NCBI GenBank assembly: GCA_048128005.1
Contig: JBEUKZ010000019.1
Coordinates: 558,001-622,000, forward strand
Direction: 5' to 3'
DNA: 64,000 bases
Origin: Veleropilina oligotropha
Taxonomy: Eukaryota
Part shown: positions 47,031 through 59,419 of the stretch, piece by piece
Layout: each line of letters begins with the position of its first letter
Numbering within the stretch: the stretch's first letter is position 1
Notes under the pieces: generated by a model
Told to the model about the DNA's origin: nothing
Seen by the model: only the letters and a program-made list of their open reading frames with translations
Database searches by the model: none
Position numbers and translations under genes: made by a program

Positions 47031-47111
47031 TTAGGTAAAGTCATGTAGTCGTATCGTAGTAATGGTCGTAAATGTAAGCTAAGAACACTTAGAAAAATCA
47101 CAGAACGGTAA

Positions 47112-49213
47112 TTGTACCCCCCGAAACGAAAATATCGGGGGAAACTGGTTTAGCGTTTGTTACGCCTCGTCTGTCTAGAGATTCCTCGTGATCGCTCTAA
47201 GCAGGCTGTTTCTTAACGGAATGTTTTCAAATTTGGTATGTGCATTGGTTGGGGCTAGGACAAGGCACCTATAGAATTTGGGTGTAGTCCGCCCTCCAAG
47301 ATGGCCGCTGTGGCCTCCATTTTGAATTTTATGCATAATTCCTCGTGATCGCTCTAAGCTGGCCGTTTCTTAACGGAATGTTTTCAAATTTGGTATGGCC
47401 ATCGGTTGGGGTGAGGACATGACACATAGAATTTGGGTGTGGTCCGCCCTCCAAGATGGACGCTGTGGCGTCCATCTTGGATTTTAAGCATAATTCCTTG
47501 TGATCGCTCTAGACAGGCCATTTCTTAACGGAATGTTTTCAAATTTGGTATGTGCATTGGTTGGGGCGTTGACACGACACCTATATATTTTGGCGACCAT
47601 CTTGAATTTCATTAGAAAACTATTTACTTTTATAAATTTGTTAATATTTAACCTAGCATGACATGATTTATATATTCAGATACCATAGGTAATTGTCTAA
47701 AATGTCATGAAAGTGGATTTTTGCCTTTTAACTTTCACTGGTAGCCATTTTGGATTTTAATTTTAAGGGTCTTTAAAATGGCTATATCTTGAAAATGATG
47801 CAACGTAGACACATTTTCATTATGGGGAGCCTATGGGGAGTCATGGTTGGGCTTTCAAATGCCACCATGACCTGTGACCTCAGATGACCTACATTGCTCT
47901 AAATGACCTAATTAAGGAAAAATGGATATATGTGAGCCGATAGTGGATAAAGTGAACTCCTATTGACGTATGTAGTCAACATTTACCAATTATGCCAGAT
48001 AAAATTGAAAAGCAGGAAGTGCCTCGGCGGCCATTAAAGCATTTGTTTCAAGTGGCAATATATAAAAACGGATGCACCGTGGACACATAGTTACTATGGG
48101 AAGTCATGGTTGATCTTTCACATGTGACCTTGGCCTTTGACCTCAGTTGACCTATATTGCAGGAAATGACCTAATTAAGGAAAAAGACATGTTTGCCAGA
48201 AAATGGTCAGGAAATGGCCAACTCGGTTAATATTGATGCTAGATCTTACATATTTTAAATTAGGAAAATTAAAAAATTCAAAAAAACGAACAAAATAGGC
48301 GCCACATTTTTCTTTAAAAGGCCAGAACTCGAGAATGACGTGGTGTACAGACCTGAAATTTGCGGCAATCAATACAGAACGGCCATATGTAAATATTTAA
48401 TTAATAATTTTTAAGAAAACAAAATTTAAGAAACAAATTTGTTTTTAATTTTATTTTTTTATGCCACCACCAATTTATTGGGGTGGCATTTAGATTTACT
48501 CTTGTCCGTCCCATCCGTCCGTCCCGTCCCGTCCGGCCGTCCCGTCCCGTCCGTCCGTCCGTCCCGTCCCGTCCCGTCCGTCCCGAAACCAGTATTTGCG
48601 TGTAAGCAACTCCAATCTGCTATAACTTCTATTTGCCTTCATGGATTGACTTCATACTTTGTACACTTGCTTATCATCATTCATCCTTCGCTTCTGCGAC
48701 CCATCCATGTCGCCGTATGGCCAAGGTCAAGGTCAAATGACTTAGCTCTTCAAACCAGTATTTGCGTGTAAGCAACTCCAATCTGCTATAACTTCTATTT
48801 GCCTTCATGGATTGACTTGATACTTTGTACACTGCCCCTATGGTCAAGGCTGCCAGTGGGGGCATTCGTGTCCGATGGACATATTTCTAGTTTTGTCTAT
48901 CTTTGCAATTATCATTTAAATACGAGTAAGCACAAAATGACATATATTTTGGGTGTGGTCTGGCCTCCAAGATGGCCACCACGACCACCATAACTGCTTG
49001 TGATTGCTCTAGTTTCTTAACGGAATGCTTTCAAATTTGGTATGTGCATTGGTCTGGGTGGGGACACGACACATAGATTTTGGATGTGGTCCGACCTCCA
49101 AGATGGCCGCTGTGGCCGCCATCTTGGACTTGAAAGCATAATTCCTGGTCATCGCTCTAGACGGGTCATTACCGGGGGATACATATGCGGTCACTCGTGA
49201 CTGAGCGTCTAGT
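47112..49213 (+). mobile_element. HINE-like element with internal repeats and a nested second HINE (~48458-48894)
   Basis: 5' CCCCG...CGGGG hairpin, repeated GATCGCTCTA...AAATTTGGTATG units, 3' GGGGGATACATATGC...CTAGTT. Nested element has (GTCC)n. Confidence 0.6.
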
Positions 49214-50020
49214 TAGAAAAATGTGGTGATCTGAATGCATTGAAATTTGTTCAAGTTATAAATCACAGTTGTCCGTGACTGGCCGAAGAGGGCGGGTTTA
49301 CCCGGGCGACCGGCCGCGATAACACGGACATGTCCTGCCTTGAACCTCGATGTTGTAAATATACAGGATATTAAGCATTCCTCCCACCTCACACTAAATA
49401 AATAATATTGAAGGTAATTTCATTCGAATTTCACCATAAAATGCTGCTTTTGGACTTTATAAAGTGCAAGTTTTTGGTTAGAGATTTTCAATCATGCAAT
49501 ATTTCAAGATAGGGTTCAGTCTATGATCAGTCCTCCTTACAGATGATCGAAGTCGGAAAGAAGATCTGAAGGTTGTCGCAATTTCCGGTTTGCGAATTTC
49601 CGGGCTAGCGCTAGAACGCTTCGTCATACAAACTTCAAATTAGGCTCAAATTATTCTTCAACTATTATTCGCCAAGATTTCTACCTTCCACCATTCCTTC
49701 CCACCGGGGCGAAGGTTTGAAATCTCGGATTGCCTTGTTATTTATGTAGAGATAAAAGTGCTTTATAATTGGTTCATCAATTGATATTAGTGCTTGTGTC
49801 ATCATGAAAATATCCCATGATCGCGGCTGCTGCATGAACTGATGTCATTATTCCTCAATCAATCAGACTTATGTTTGAAAATTGTTCAGTGGGTGTTAAA
49901 CAAATGTTTTCATGTCATTCAGTAAGGTTAAGGAGTAAAAAATGCCATTGGGGTGTATAATGTACTGTGTCTACCAAGATGAACACTTGATGACTTATAA
50001 CATCCTTGTTCCTCTCACAG

Positions 50021-50129
50021 ATACATGCTTCAGGCAGGCCGCATCCTACAGCGACTGGAGCTAGACGCGTTTCTGGCAATGGGCGTGTCCCCTCTGCTCC
50101 ACGACGTACAAACGATGCAAGACCTGAAG
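50021..50129 (+). CDS. FAM120A: FAM120A/C-like exon (last in window)
   Basis: cacag| YMLQAGRILQRLELDAFLAMGVSPLLHDVQTMQDLK |gtaaga; resembles FAM120A RILRRQELDAFLAQALSP. Confidence 0.9.
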
Positions 50130-51189
50130 GTAAGAGGAGCATTTGAAAATTAAAGCTGCGAGCAGCTGTGAGGGCTTCAATCAGATAAACGAAATAAAAA
50201 AAAGACGTAAAATAAAAAAAAATAAAAAAGTTTAATTGAAAAAAAAAAAAATTACAAAAAAATACTAAATTTAAACAAATATTTTTTATATTTTAAGATA
50301 TACATATGGCCACTCTGAATCGAATGCCGCCAATCTTAGATTTCTACGCCGAAAGTGCTAGGGGGGGGCGGAAAATTTTGAAACCTAGATGCTATGAAAT
50401 GCTGTTTCCGGCGTTATCAGGCTTCTAATTCATGTGACAATTAAGCAAAAAATTATGCAAAATAGATTGCATTTTTGTTAACTTGAATTTAAATTAAATA
50501 ATCAGTTGTCATAAATAATCAGTGTCCAGTGGTGAGGTACTCCATCGCTCAGACTGAGGTCGTGCATAATTAAGACCATTTTTCTTTATTATTGATGTGG
50601 TAATTATTAAACGCAACGACCTGTACGGCATCTTAGGTAGCTTACATGCAGACTGTGTGATTAATTGTCAGTACAATAGATGTTCATGACGCACACACGA
50701 ACGAGCGCCGAATGCGGCAGGGCGTACCTCCACGGAAAAGTTTTTAAATCTAGAATCTCTGTAGCGTTATTGCCAATATTTTCAGGAATAAATTCATTAT
50801 CCAAAATTTATAAATAGTCATCTTTCAAACGATTGTCATCAATGATCATAATGCATAATATTGTGTCAAGTAGATACAATTGTTATAGTGCATTAATTGT
50901 AAATGCCGCTTTACTCGTGGCACACGGGGCATGCTCGGCCAACTCGGAGCGCGCCCTGGGCATAACAAAATTGTCCAGAGCTCAGCTCTAGCGCGTCGCT
51001 TTCCGTTTGCGTCCATAGTTCAGCTCTAGCGCGTCCCATGTTAGAAGTGTCCCTACCGGGTAATTCGTGGCGCACTTGGAGTACACTGTGTACACTTCTC
51101 GGTGAACATGGCCTGCACTCCGCGTACCCATAGATCGCCCCTAATGCACCCTGGATGGACTTGACAAAACTATTCGTTCATAGCGGTGT

Positions 51190-54100
51190 ATATGTAGTTA
51201 CAAACTTACTTACGTCCTTACTCTTGCCATAATAGTCATATTATCGCCAACCGGAAACAGTGAATAAAGTCACATTTAGGCACTTATTAAGTCAAAACGT
51301 ACCACGATCACCTCCCCTGCTCCCGCTCTCTAAGTTCCCCCAGCGAGATCTCGCCAAGTCTCGCGAGATATCCGAGCTCGAGATCACAAGACCTCAATTC
51401 AAAGTTTTCCGCCGAGACGGAAAGACGTGTTTTTTGCTCCGCAAATATTTCGAATGTCCGACTGGTTTATACGTTAAATCTAGGACGCTATAAAGCTTAT
51501 ATTAGAATAATATAGGTTGTGGAATATACCCTGTGTTGTGGATATCAAACACAAGTGAATATAAGATCTGATTATCAACTTCAAAGAAAAAGTTGTGAAC
51601 ATCAAGTGAAACCGACATCGCCGCTGTTGCAGGGAAAAAAGCATGGCCGCTTAGAGGGGAAGTTTCGTGTAGTAGAAGAAATTTCTGGTCGGTATTTTTA
51701 TCTGATATTGTTTGAGACTGTAAACAGGTAACTCATTATATTGGATAATTCCTTAACGACGCTATTGCTGGTTATTATTGTATAAAAATTCTAGCGTCGT
51801 TAATAGGCAGGATCGTTTAGATATCACGCTTGCGTTTTTCTGTTATCCTGCCGTTTCTGGGATAATACGCCATTGTACTAACATAAAAACATCCACGAGG
51901 TTTTCAGGTGTTTTTCTGGGCGGTTATTTCTAAGAGATAACCCCCGTTTGTTCTAGTCAATTTGCCGGGTTTTTTACCGGGTCGTGCCGGGTTATTACCC
52001 GGCCTCGGTGTTCCCAGTTCGGGGTTTTTTTGCGGTATATCGCCTGATCTTTGATCTTCAGATCAGGGCAATTTTAAGAGTTGTCGTAGTAAATAGTCAC
52101 AACTACCAAATATATACTTTTAACTACCCCGTTCCGCCCACTACTACCCTCCCGTGTATTCAGGGAGAGGGAAGTATGGTCCGGTGCAACTCCGGGTGTA
52201 ACCCGAAGTTTCACGGTTTTCTAGGCGCACGGAATGCCGTGTTCACCGTAACTGACAGTAAGTCTTATAAATGTGAACTGTGCCTAGATTTTAACAGCAG
52301 GCAGTGGGCGATCGTATATCCACCGATGAAGGCGACCAGTGCGGTTACCACGGTGGGTTCTCCCCCGAGATTGGACAAAATGGTAGGTTAAAGGGAATTA
52401 ACGTTTTTTTGTCTACTTCAGGGGCCGCTGGACGACAGTCGACCTTAAAAGGGGCCGTCTGTCGCCGGATCTACCGGCGTCACCTCCGCGACTCATAAGG
52501 GAGTCGCCGTAACCTTGCCGGGACCCTAGATTCAGGTAGGAGCCCGAGTGCTGTTCGATCCTCCTAAAACGGGCCTAGTAACTGCAGCCAACCATACCTT
52601 GCCGGCTAGCAAGGTATATCTGGCAACGCAGCGAACCGCTGAACAGGGCAGACATTCCCCATCCTTTTCTTCGGCCTCGAAGAATACGGGGACAGTTAGT
52701 CCTTCTGCGGGAAACTCCCTATTTAACGATAGGGAGCGACCCAATGAGAAAGCCTTTAAAGAGGCCGGGCACCTTTTCGAAGGTCTAAGATCCGGACAAT
52801 CGGCGACACCTGAATCCTCGTTCGAGACCGACGCGATTACCCCTAAGGGTTTTCCGCTCAACCTCGATGCTCACGAGCTTTTCAGAGGGCCCGTTCTCTC
52901 CCGTGCACCCACGATGGTCACGCTAGAGAACGTGGACAGACCGGCTGCGTTCGGGACGGGGTTCTACGGCGGTTTTCCGACCGTGCCTCTCTCGAACAGA
53001 GTGGTAGACCGATACGGACTGTTGCCGCAGTCCTACCGGTCGTCCGGCCCACCGAACCTGCCTTCGGGCCGTTCTTTCGGGTTCGACCACTCGACACGTG
53101 TCCCGAGACCCTAAAAAAGGGTTCTCGGCTACACCTGTCCATGCAGCCCGTCTACCTAGCGCCACGGTGACTTCGACCGATCTACCGGCTGTTAGTTCGA
53201 CGCCCGTCATGCCTCCGGGTTTCTCTTTAGAGAACGTCCAGGCTATGTTCGCGGCGGAGTTCGAGTCCCGATGTCGGGCCTGGCAACCGGCTTCCTCGCC
53301 GCTCCAGGTACCTACACCTCTGCCTGTGGCGCAGTGCACGGCTCCTGCCTCCGTGGTGGGGATCGAACCTCGTTCCGACGAGGACCTCGACTCCACTCAC
53401 TCCGACCTCCCTGTATCGGTCGGGCCCGAAGACGCTGGTAGTCTTCCAGGCACGCAGGAGCCGACCTCCACCACCCGTCGAACTCGACGCTGTTGCGTCA
53501 CTTCGCGGGGTGCTTGACCGGCCGGAACCGACTCGGTCGTATGTAGGCCCGGTCAAGCACAGGACGGCGGCGCATCGGTTTGATGGAAGGAAGCCCCCTT
53601 GCTTCCTTCCTTACCTCAGTCTGGGCTGGTTGATCTGGTGTTGACTCGACAACCAAGCTCAGTCGGGGGCGCAATCCGGTGGAGTCCTCCCCACTGACCG
53701 AGTACCCTTCGGGGTTCCGTAGTGGGAGGTACCTCCGGGCCAGTTCGCGTTCGATCCCGTTCGCATGTACTGGTCCGTGCCTGACGACTGAGCCGGCTCG
53801 TGTTGACGCAGCGTTGCGTTGACTGACCGCCAGTCACACTCCCTCTGTAGCGAGAGTTCCTGGGTTCGCCTTGGAAGCTTTCGAGAGCTCCGCCCGATGG
53901 GCTCTGCGGCTGTCGTCCGTTCAGGATTTTTCCTAGACAGGACGATCGCCGTATTACAGGAGGATGGACCCGGCGCCCGTGGGCTGCCCTGTCCTTCCTC
54001 CAGGAGGTTGCTGCCGTTATGCAGACCAACGCGTTGGAGACGGGACGTGTCCTGGGTAACGCACTCCTACTTCGTAGGGTCGCTTACCTTGAAGGCACCT

Positions 54101-57100
54101 CGCTAGATGAGGCCACCCGGCGCTCGTTGCGATGCGTGCCTTGCTCGGCCACCACTCTTTTTGGCGACAACTTTACGGAGTTCGTCGACAAGAGAGCGGC
54201 GGACATGAAGGACCGTGCCATCGAGAAGGCGGTACTGCACCCTACCCGGGGTCCACCTGCCGACTCGAGGAAGCGCTCAGGGCCCACCCGGACCCCGAAG
54301 CCTTCCAAGCGTGCGAAGCCCTCTTCGGGTGGTAGGCCCCCGGCCATTAACCCACTCCGAAGAGGCAAGCACCTCCAACAAGCTCCCGTCAGAGCGGGAG
54401 AGGGAAGCCTCGGCCCTAGGGCTGCCGGCACACACGACAGTCCCAGCTGCCCGCTTCCGCCGGTGGAAGCGTATCTGTTAGCGTACAGCCAGCCGTGGCT
54501 AGACTACCAGACAGTAGCTGGGTCCCTCCGTCGTGAGTGCCGGATACAAGTTGGTTCAACCGGCATCCGACCCTAAACGAGGCACCACCACCAAGACACG
54601 CTCGCCTCCTAAACGGAGAGAAGCGAGCGGTCTTAGACCAGGCAGTGCGGGACCTACTCCTCAAGGAGCAATATATCCCGCGCCGCCCAGCACACCAGGA
54701 TAATACAGCCATTTCTTCCTGGTCCCGAATCCCGATGGCCGCTAGCGACCGATCTTCGATCTCTCGTAAACTAATATCTTCGTACCGAGAAATTCCAGCA
54801 GGAAACCCTCTCGAAGATACGAGCGGCCATCCATCCGGGTGACTGGGCAGCGTCTATCGATCTGACCGACGCGTATCTGCATGTCCCGATGCATATCACG
54901 GCTCATCAGTACCTTCGGTTTATACACGGGGAGACGATCTACCATTCAGGTACCTACCGTTCGGTCTATCGTCAGCCCCGTACGTCTTCACGAGAACAGT
55001 ACAGGCCCTTAGGGCCTTCCTACACTCTCTAGGGCTCAGGGTACATATATACCTCGACGACTGGCTGATCCTCGGGCGTCCCGAGATCTGTGCCTCCGGT
55101 CTACGAGCTTTACCCTGTCATCAACGAAGCGCCTGGGATTTCAGATCAACGAGACAAAATCCGGCTTCGTGCCCTCGACGACGTTTACGTTTCTCGGGGT
55201 CGACTTCGATACGGTCCGGTACACCGCGAAACCGGCCCAGAAACGTATGCGGAACCTACGCGCGGTTATCCAAGACACCCTGTCATCGGACATAACTACA
55301 GCGCGACAACTGGCCACTGTCCTGGGGCACTTCGAGTCGGCAGCGACCCTGCTACCGACGGGTCGCATGGACAATCGACCGTTACACCAGGCGTTCAGGG
55401 ATCGCTGGATACAACGGACGGGGCAGTGGACGGATCGCATCGATCTTCGGCATTGGTTTACCAGCACAACAGCAGTGTGGTTGAACCCTGCTTTGCCGGA
55501 CCAGTCGGTTCCTATATCCCCGCCAGAGCCGAACGCTTACCTGTTCACAGACGCTTCGAACGACGGCTGGGGTGGTCACCTCGACAGTTACGAGACATCA
55601 GGCCTATGGCCGACGGACCTTCAGGGACGACACATCTACTTCCTAGAGTTAGAAGCCGTCTACCTGTCAGTACGGTCCCTCTCGTCACATCTCCGCAACA
55701 AGCACATAATGCTCGCCACGGACAACACGACTGTCGTCGCTTACATCCAGCACCAGGGCGGCACTCGCTCGCGTCCCCTTTGCGACCGAGCAATAGACCT
55801 ACACCGCCTAGTGATGTCCCTCATCTCGACGATTCGAGCCCGACACATCCCGGGAAAGCTGTATGTCGGAGCGGTCTCGCTCTTTCGGAAATCACAGATA
55901 TTACACACAGAGTGGAGCTACACAGCCGAGTAGCTCGGGACGTTTGTCGCCGGTGGTCACAACCCCGAGTCGATCTGTTTGCAACAGAATTTAATTACCG
56001 ACTACCTCTGTATGTCTCCCCGTACCCGGACCCGGCCGCCCTAGCGGTCGCCGCACTGTCAATGACATGGGAGAATCTGTCCGCGTATGCCTTCCCCCCG
56101 TCGTGCATTCTAACACTGGTATTACAGAAGGCATCGAACGAACGTTGCAGATAACGCTAATCGCGCCCCTATATCGCACGCAACCTTGGTTTCCGACCCT
56201 CCTCGATCTGATCGTCGACCGACCGTTATCGCTCCCGCAGAGACCGGGCCGGTTACTGCAGGCGCGCAGCCGTGTATTTCAACATCGCCGAACGACTTAC
56301 GTTTACACGCCTGGCGGTTATCGAACGGTCCCTTGCTACGAAAGGAATTTCTCGCGCAACAGCCCTACGCATCTCCCGATCGAGAAGGCTTTCCACGACT
56401 AAAGTTTATGACTACCGATGGGTTAAGTACGTGGATTGGTGTCACAGCCGGCCGGTCAATATACTCCGCCCCCCTGTGAACAAGTTTATTGAGTTTTTAT
56501 CGTCGCTCTTTGAACGCGGTATGTCAGTGTCCGCCGTCAAAGCTATCGGGAAACGGTCGCGAGTGCCGTGCCCGTGGTAGCCTACCTAGCGACCGAAGAT
56601 CCTTCGAACTCAAAATTTCGACCCGTACGATACGGCCAGCCTGAAACATCGCTCTCATTTCTTAACGTTCTCTTTCTACCCGTACTAGCCTATGGGCCCG
56701 ACCTCTATGAGGAACTTAACGCACAAAACAGTTTTTTCTGATCGCCTTAGCGTCGGGCAGGCGTTGTTCCGTATTTCATAGTCTATCCGCAGAGCTACGA
56801 GACGTTCGTTTCCAGTCGACGGGTCGGTGATGCGGCGTCATATCTTGGGTTTCCTCGCCAAGAATCTACGGCCGAACGAAGACGCACCCGTTGTCGTTAT
56901 CCCCAAGCTTTACGCTGGTCAGAGACCCGATGTGGACCGATGTACCTGTCATATGCGTGCCTACGTTACTACCTCGACAGGATCCGTGTTACGCGGCAGG
57001 GAAAACTACTTATATGTTATTCGTATTTACCTTGTTATATCCGCGACATTACGTAGACGACTGTTTCGCGGAGGTTTTCACAGGTAGTGAGAGACTACTC

Positions 57101-58532
57101 TCGCTGTGAAAAGTAGGCCGCACGCACTATTGTATCGATCCGCGCGCACGAGGTCCGTGTTTTCGCAGATTCACATCTCAGCGTTGCTTGTCAAAATGTC
57201 TTTATTAAGCCTTTTCTGTGGGATTATTCCATGCGGCTGATGGATTGTGCAGTCTACATAGTAACTGCTCAACGATGTATTGTTAGACCGAGGTCGTCTA
57301 ATCAGTGAGTATTGTTTCTTGTTTATCAATTTACATAATTTTTGCTGACGCAATGTTATTTGTTGGCCTAGCTGTTCTATGAAATAGACACATATGAGGC
57401 GATTCAATGTCTGTTCATTTCTTAAAAACATTTTAAGATTTTGTACTTCATGTCATTCCTGAGTATATTGACAAGCCAGATTACATTGAATTTAATAAAA
57501 CAACTATATTGCGAAAATCTTAAAGGATTTGAGGTTCAATATTATTGATGTTCTATGCTGTAATCGAACATACGATGTTCAATACATTGAAAAAATTTTA
57601 ATATTTGCTTCCTTAAAATTTATTTTAAGTAACATGTCGTACATATTTGCTTCCTTAAAAATTTATTTTAAGTGACATGTCGTACATGTTAGCGTTTCGC
57701 AAGTTGGTCATGCGAATCACTTATTAATATCGATTATTATAAATAATCTATTAATTCTTTGCTTAAGATTTGATATATTCACAGCCTCACTAAGGTTCCG
57801 TGTGCTTACAAATCCGACTGCATCCTCTGGCTACCGGCCTTTGGCCAGGAGTACCATTTGGCTGCCACTGGCCCATGACACGTAAGACCTACAAGGATCC
57901 ATCCTTCCGGCCGTGCCTGGGGCTGATTGCACTTCCGTTCACCTCGTCCGACTACCACCACGGCGTATTCTCCCGGTAACACTGGTCGAAATTCTCGCTT
58001 GGTAAGAGTTGAATATCATTCTCAGTAAATTCCACTCTGGGCGGACACAATCGACGCTTCGAGCTGATTGAAATGGTGAAAAGAAAGTCATTATCTTGTT
58101 TGGGTTGTTGTAAGGAACTTCTTACCCACCTATCCAAGATTATTCTGGCAAGAGTAAGGACGTAAGTAAGTTTGTAACTACATATGAGGTTTTTAAGTAA
58201 ACCTAACATTAGTTAAAACATACTTACGTCCTTACCACGATTACCCACCCTGCGTTTCGCATTCCTCCCCTCTACTAAGTTCCTTTGGGGTTCTGAACTT
58301 TGAATTGAGGTCTTGTGATCTCGAGCTCGGATATCTCGCGAGACTTGGCGAGATCTCGCTGGGGGAACTTAGAGAGCGGGAGCAGGGGAGGTGATCGTGG
58401 TACGTTTTGACTTAATAAGTGCCTAAATGTGACTTTATTCACTGTTTCTGGTTGGCGATAATATGACTATTATGGCAAGAGTAAGGACGTAAGTATGTTT
58501 TAACTAATATTAGGTTTACTTAAAAACCTCAT
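51190..58532 (+). mobile_element. DIRS1-type tyrosine-recombinase retrotransposon, full outline but decayed
   Basis: ~200-bp inverted terminal repeats (~51205-51405 / 58297-58496); internal complementary region ~58147-58235 matches both outer ends. Confidence 0.9.
54500..57170 (+). pseudogene. DIRS RT / RNase H / methyltransferase-like / tyrosine recombinase, multiply frameshifted
   Basis: IDLTDAYLHVP, LPFGLSSAP, YLDDWLI; FTDAS, LELEAV, TDNTTVVAYI; VDLFAT...YAFPP; FLIALASGRR, AHEVR. Confidence 0.85.
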
Positions 58533-59419
58533 TTTACATGCGTTAATATGTTGGTAAAATATTGATAATCGATTATTCGCGAACACTTCGATAATTGACT
58601 TCATTCATTCGCTGTTATTTTCGATAAATGCAGGTTATATTAAAATGGGATAGGCCGCATAGACACCTGTCGCACATAATATGTTGCCCACAAAATCTGC
58701 CACAGCGGACATCGCTGACTGGATCGTATGCGGCGACAGTCTTGAGTGCCTGTTTGAAATTGTTGATTTGATTGAAATACATGTGTCGATATCGGCTTGT
58801 GTCGCCATGGTGTAAATAACAAAATTGGTATCTGCTTTACACAGGCTAGCATAAATTTCCTCAATCACGGGATAATTCGCTATTATTTGTATTATATAAT
58901 GTTATAACTCCTTCTATTGATATGTGAATGGCTATTATATATATGCATTTAGCTTTTTAGTGTGTGTTGCTCTTTATAAAGAAAAATAAATTAGTCGATT
59001 ACATGTTCTAATCAAACAATAATAGCGTAATGCTTGCGACTCATAAGCATAATTAAGACCATTTCACTTCATTATTGATCGGTAATTATTAAACGCAATG
59101 ACGTTGCACGGCATCTTAGGTAGCTTACATGCAGACTGTGTGACGCACACACGAACGAGCGCCGAATGCGCGAGTGCGCCAGGGCGTACCTCCACGGAAA
59201 CGTTTTTAAATCTATTATCTTGTGCATTAACCTATGATGGAAATTAAGAAGTATCTATAATAATGAATGCGCAACTGGACTGACCAACAGAATATCAATG
59301 TTTTCACCATATATTAACAGTTACTGAATCATTGTCATATTGAAGGTTATAATCTTGAGGAAAAACATAGGGTAAATAAGTCAAAAGGAGGTGTAGCAAT
59401 ATATATAAAAAATAACATT

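Noticed and set aside
57170..57240. Next FAM120 exon after TTTTCGCAG
   Set aside because: Translation does not resemble the expected FAM120 continuation and hits a stop; the AG lies in DIRS recombinase sequence.
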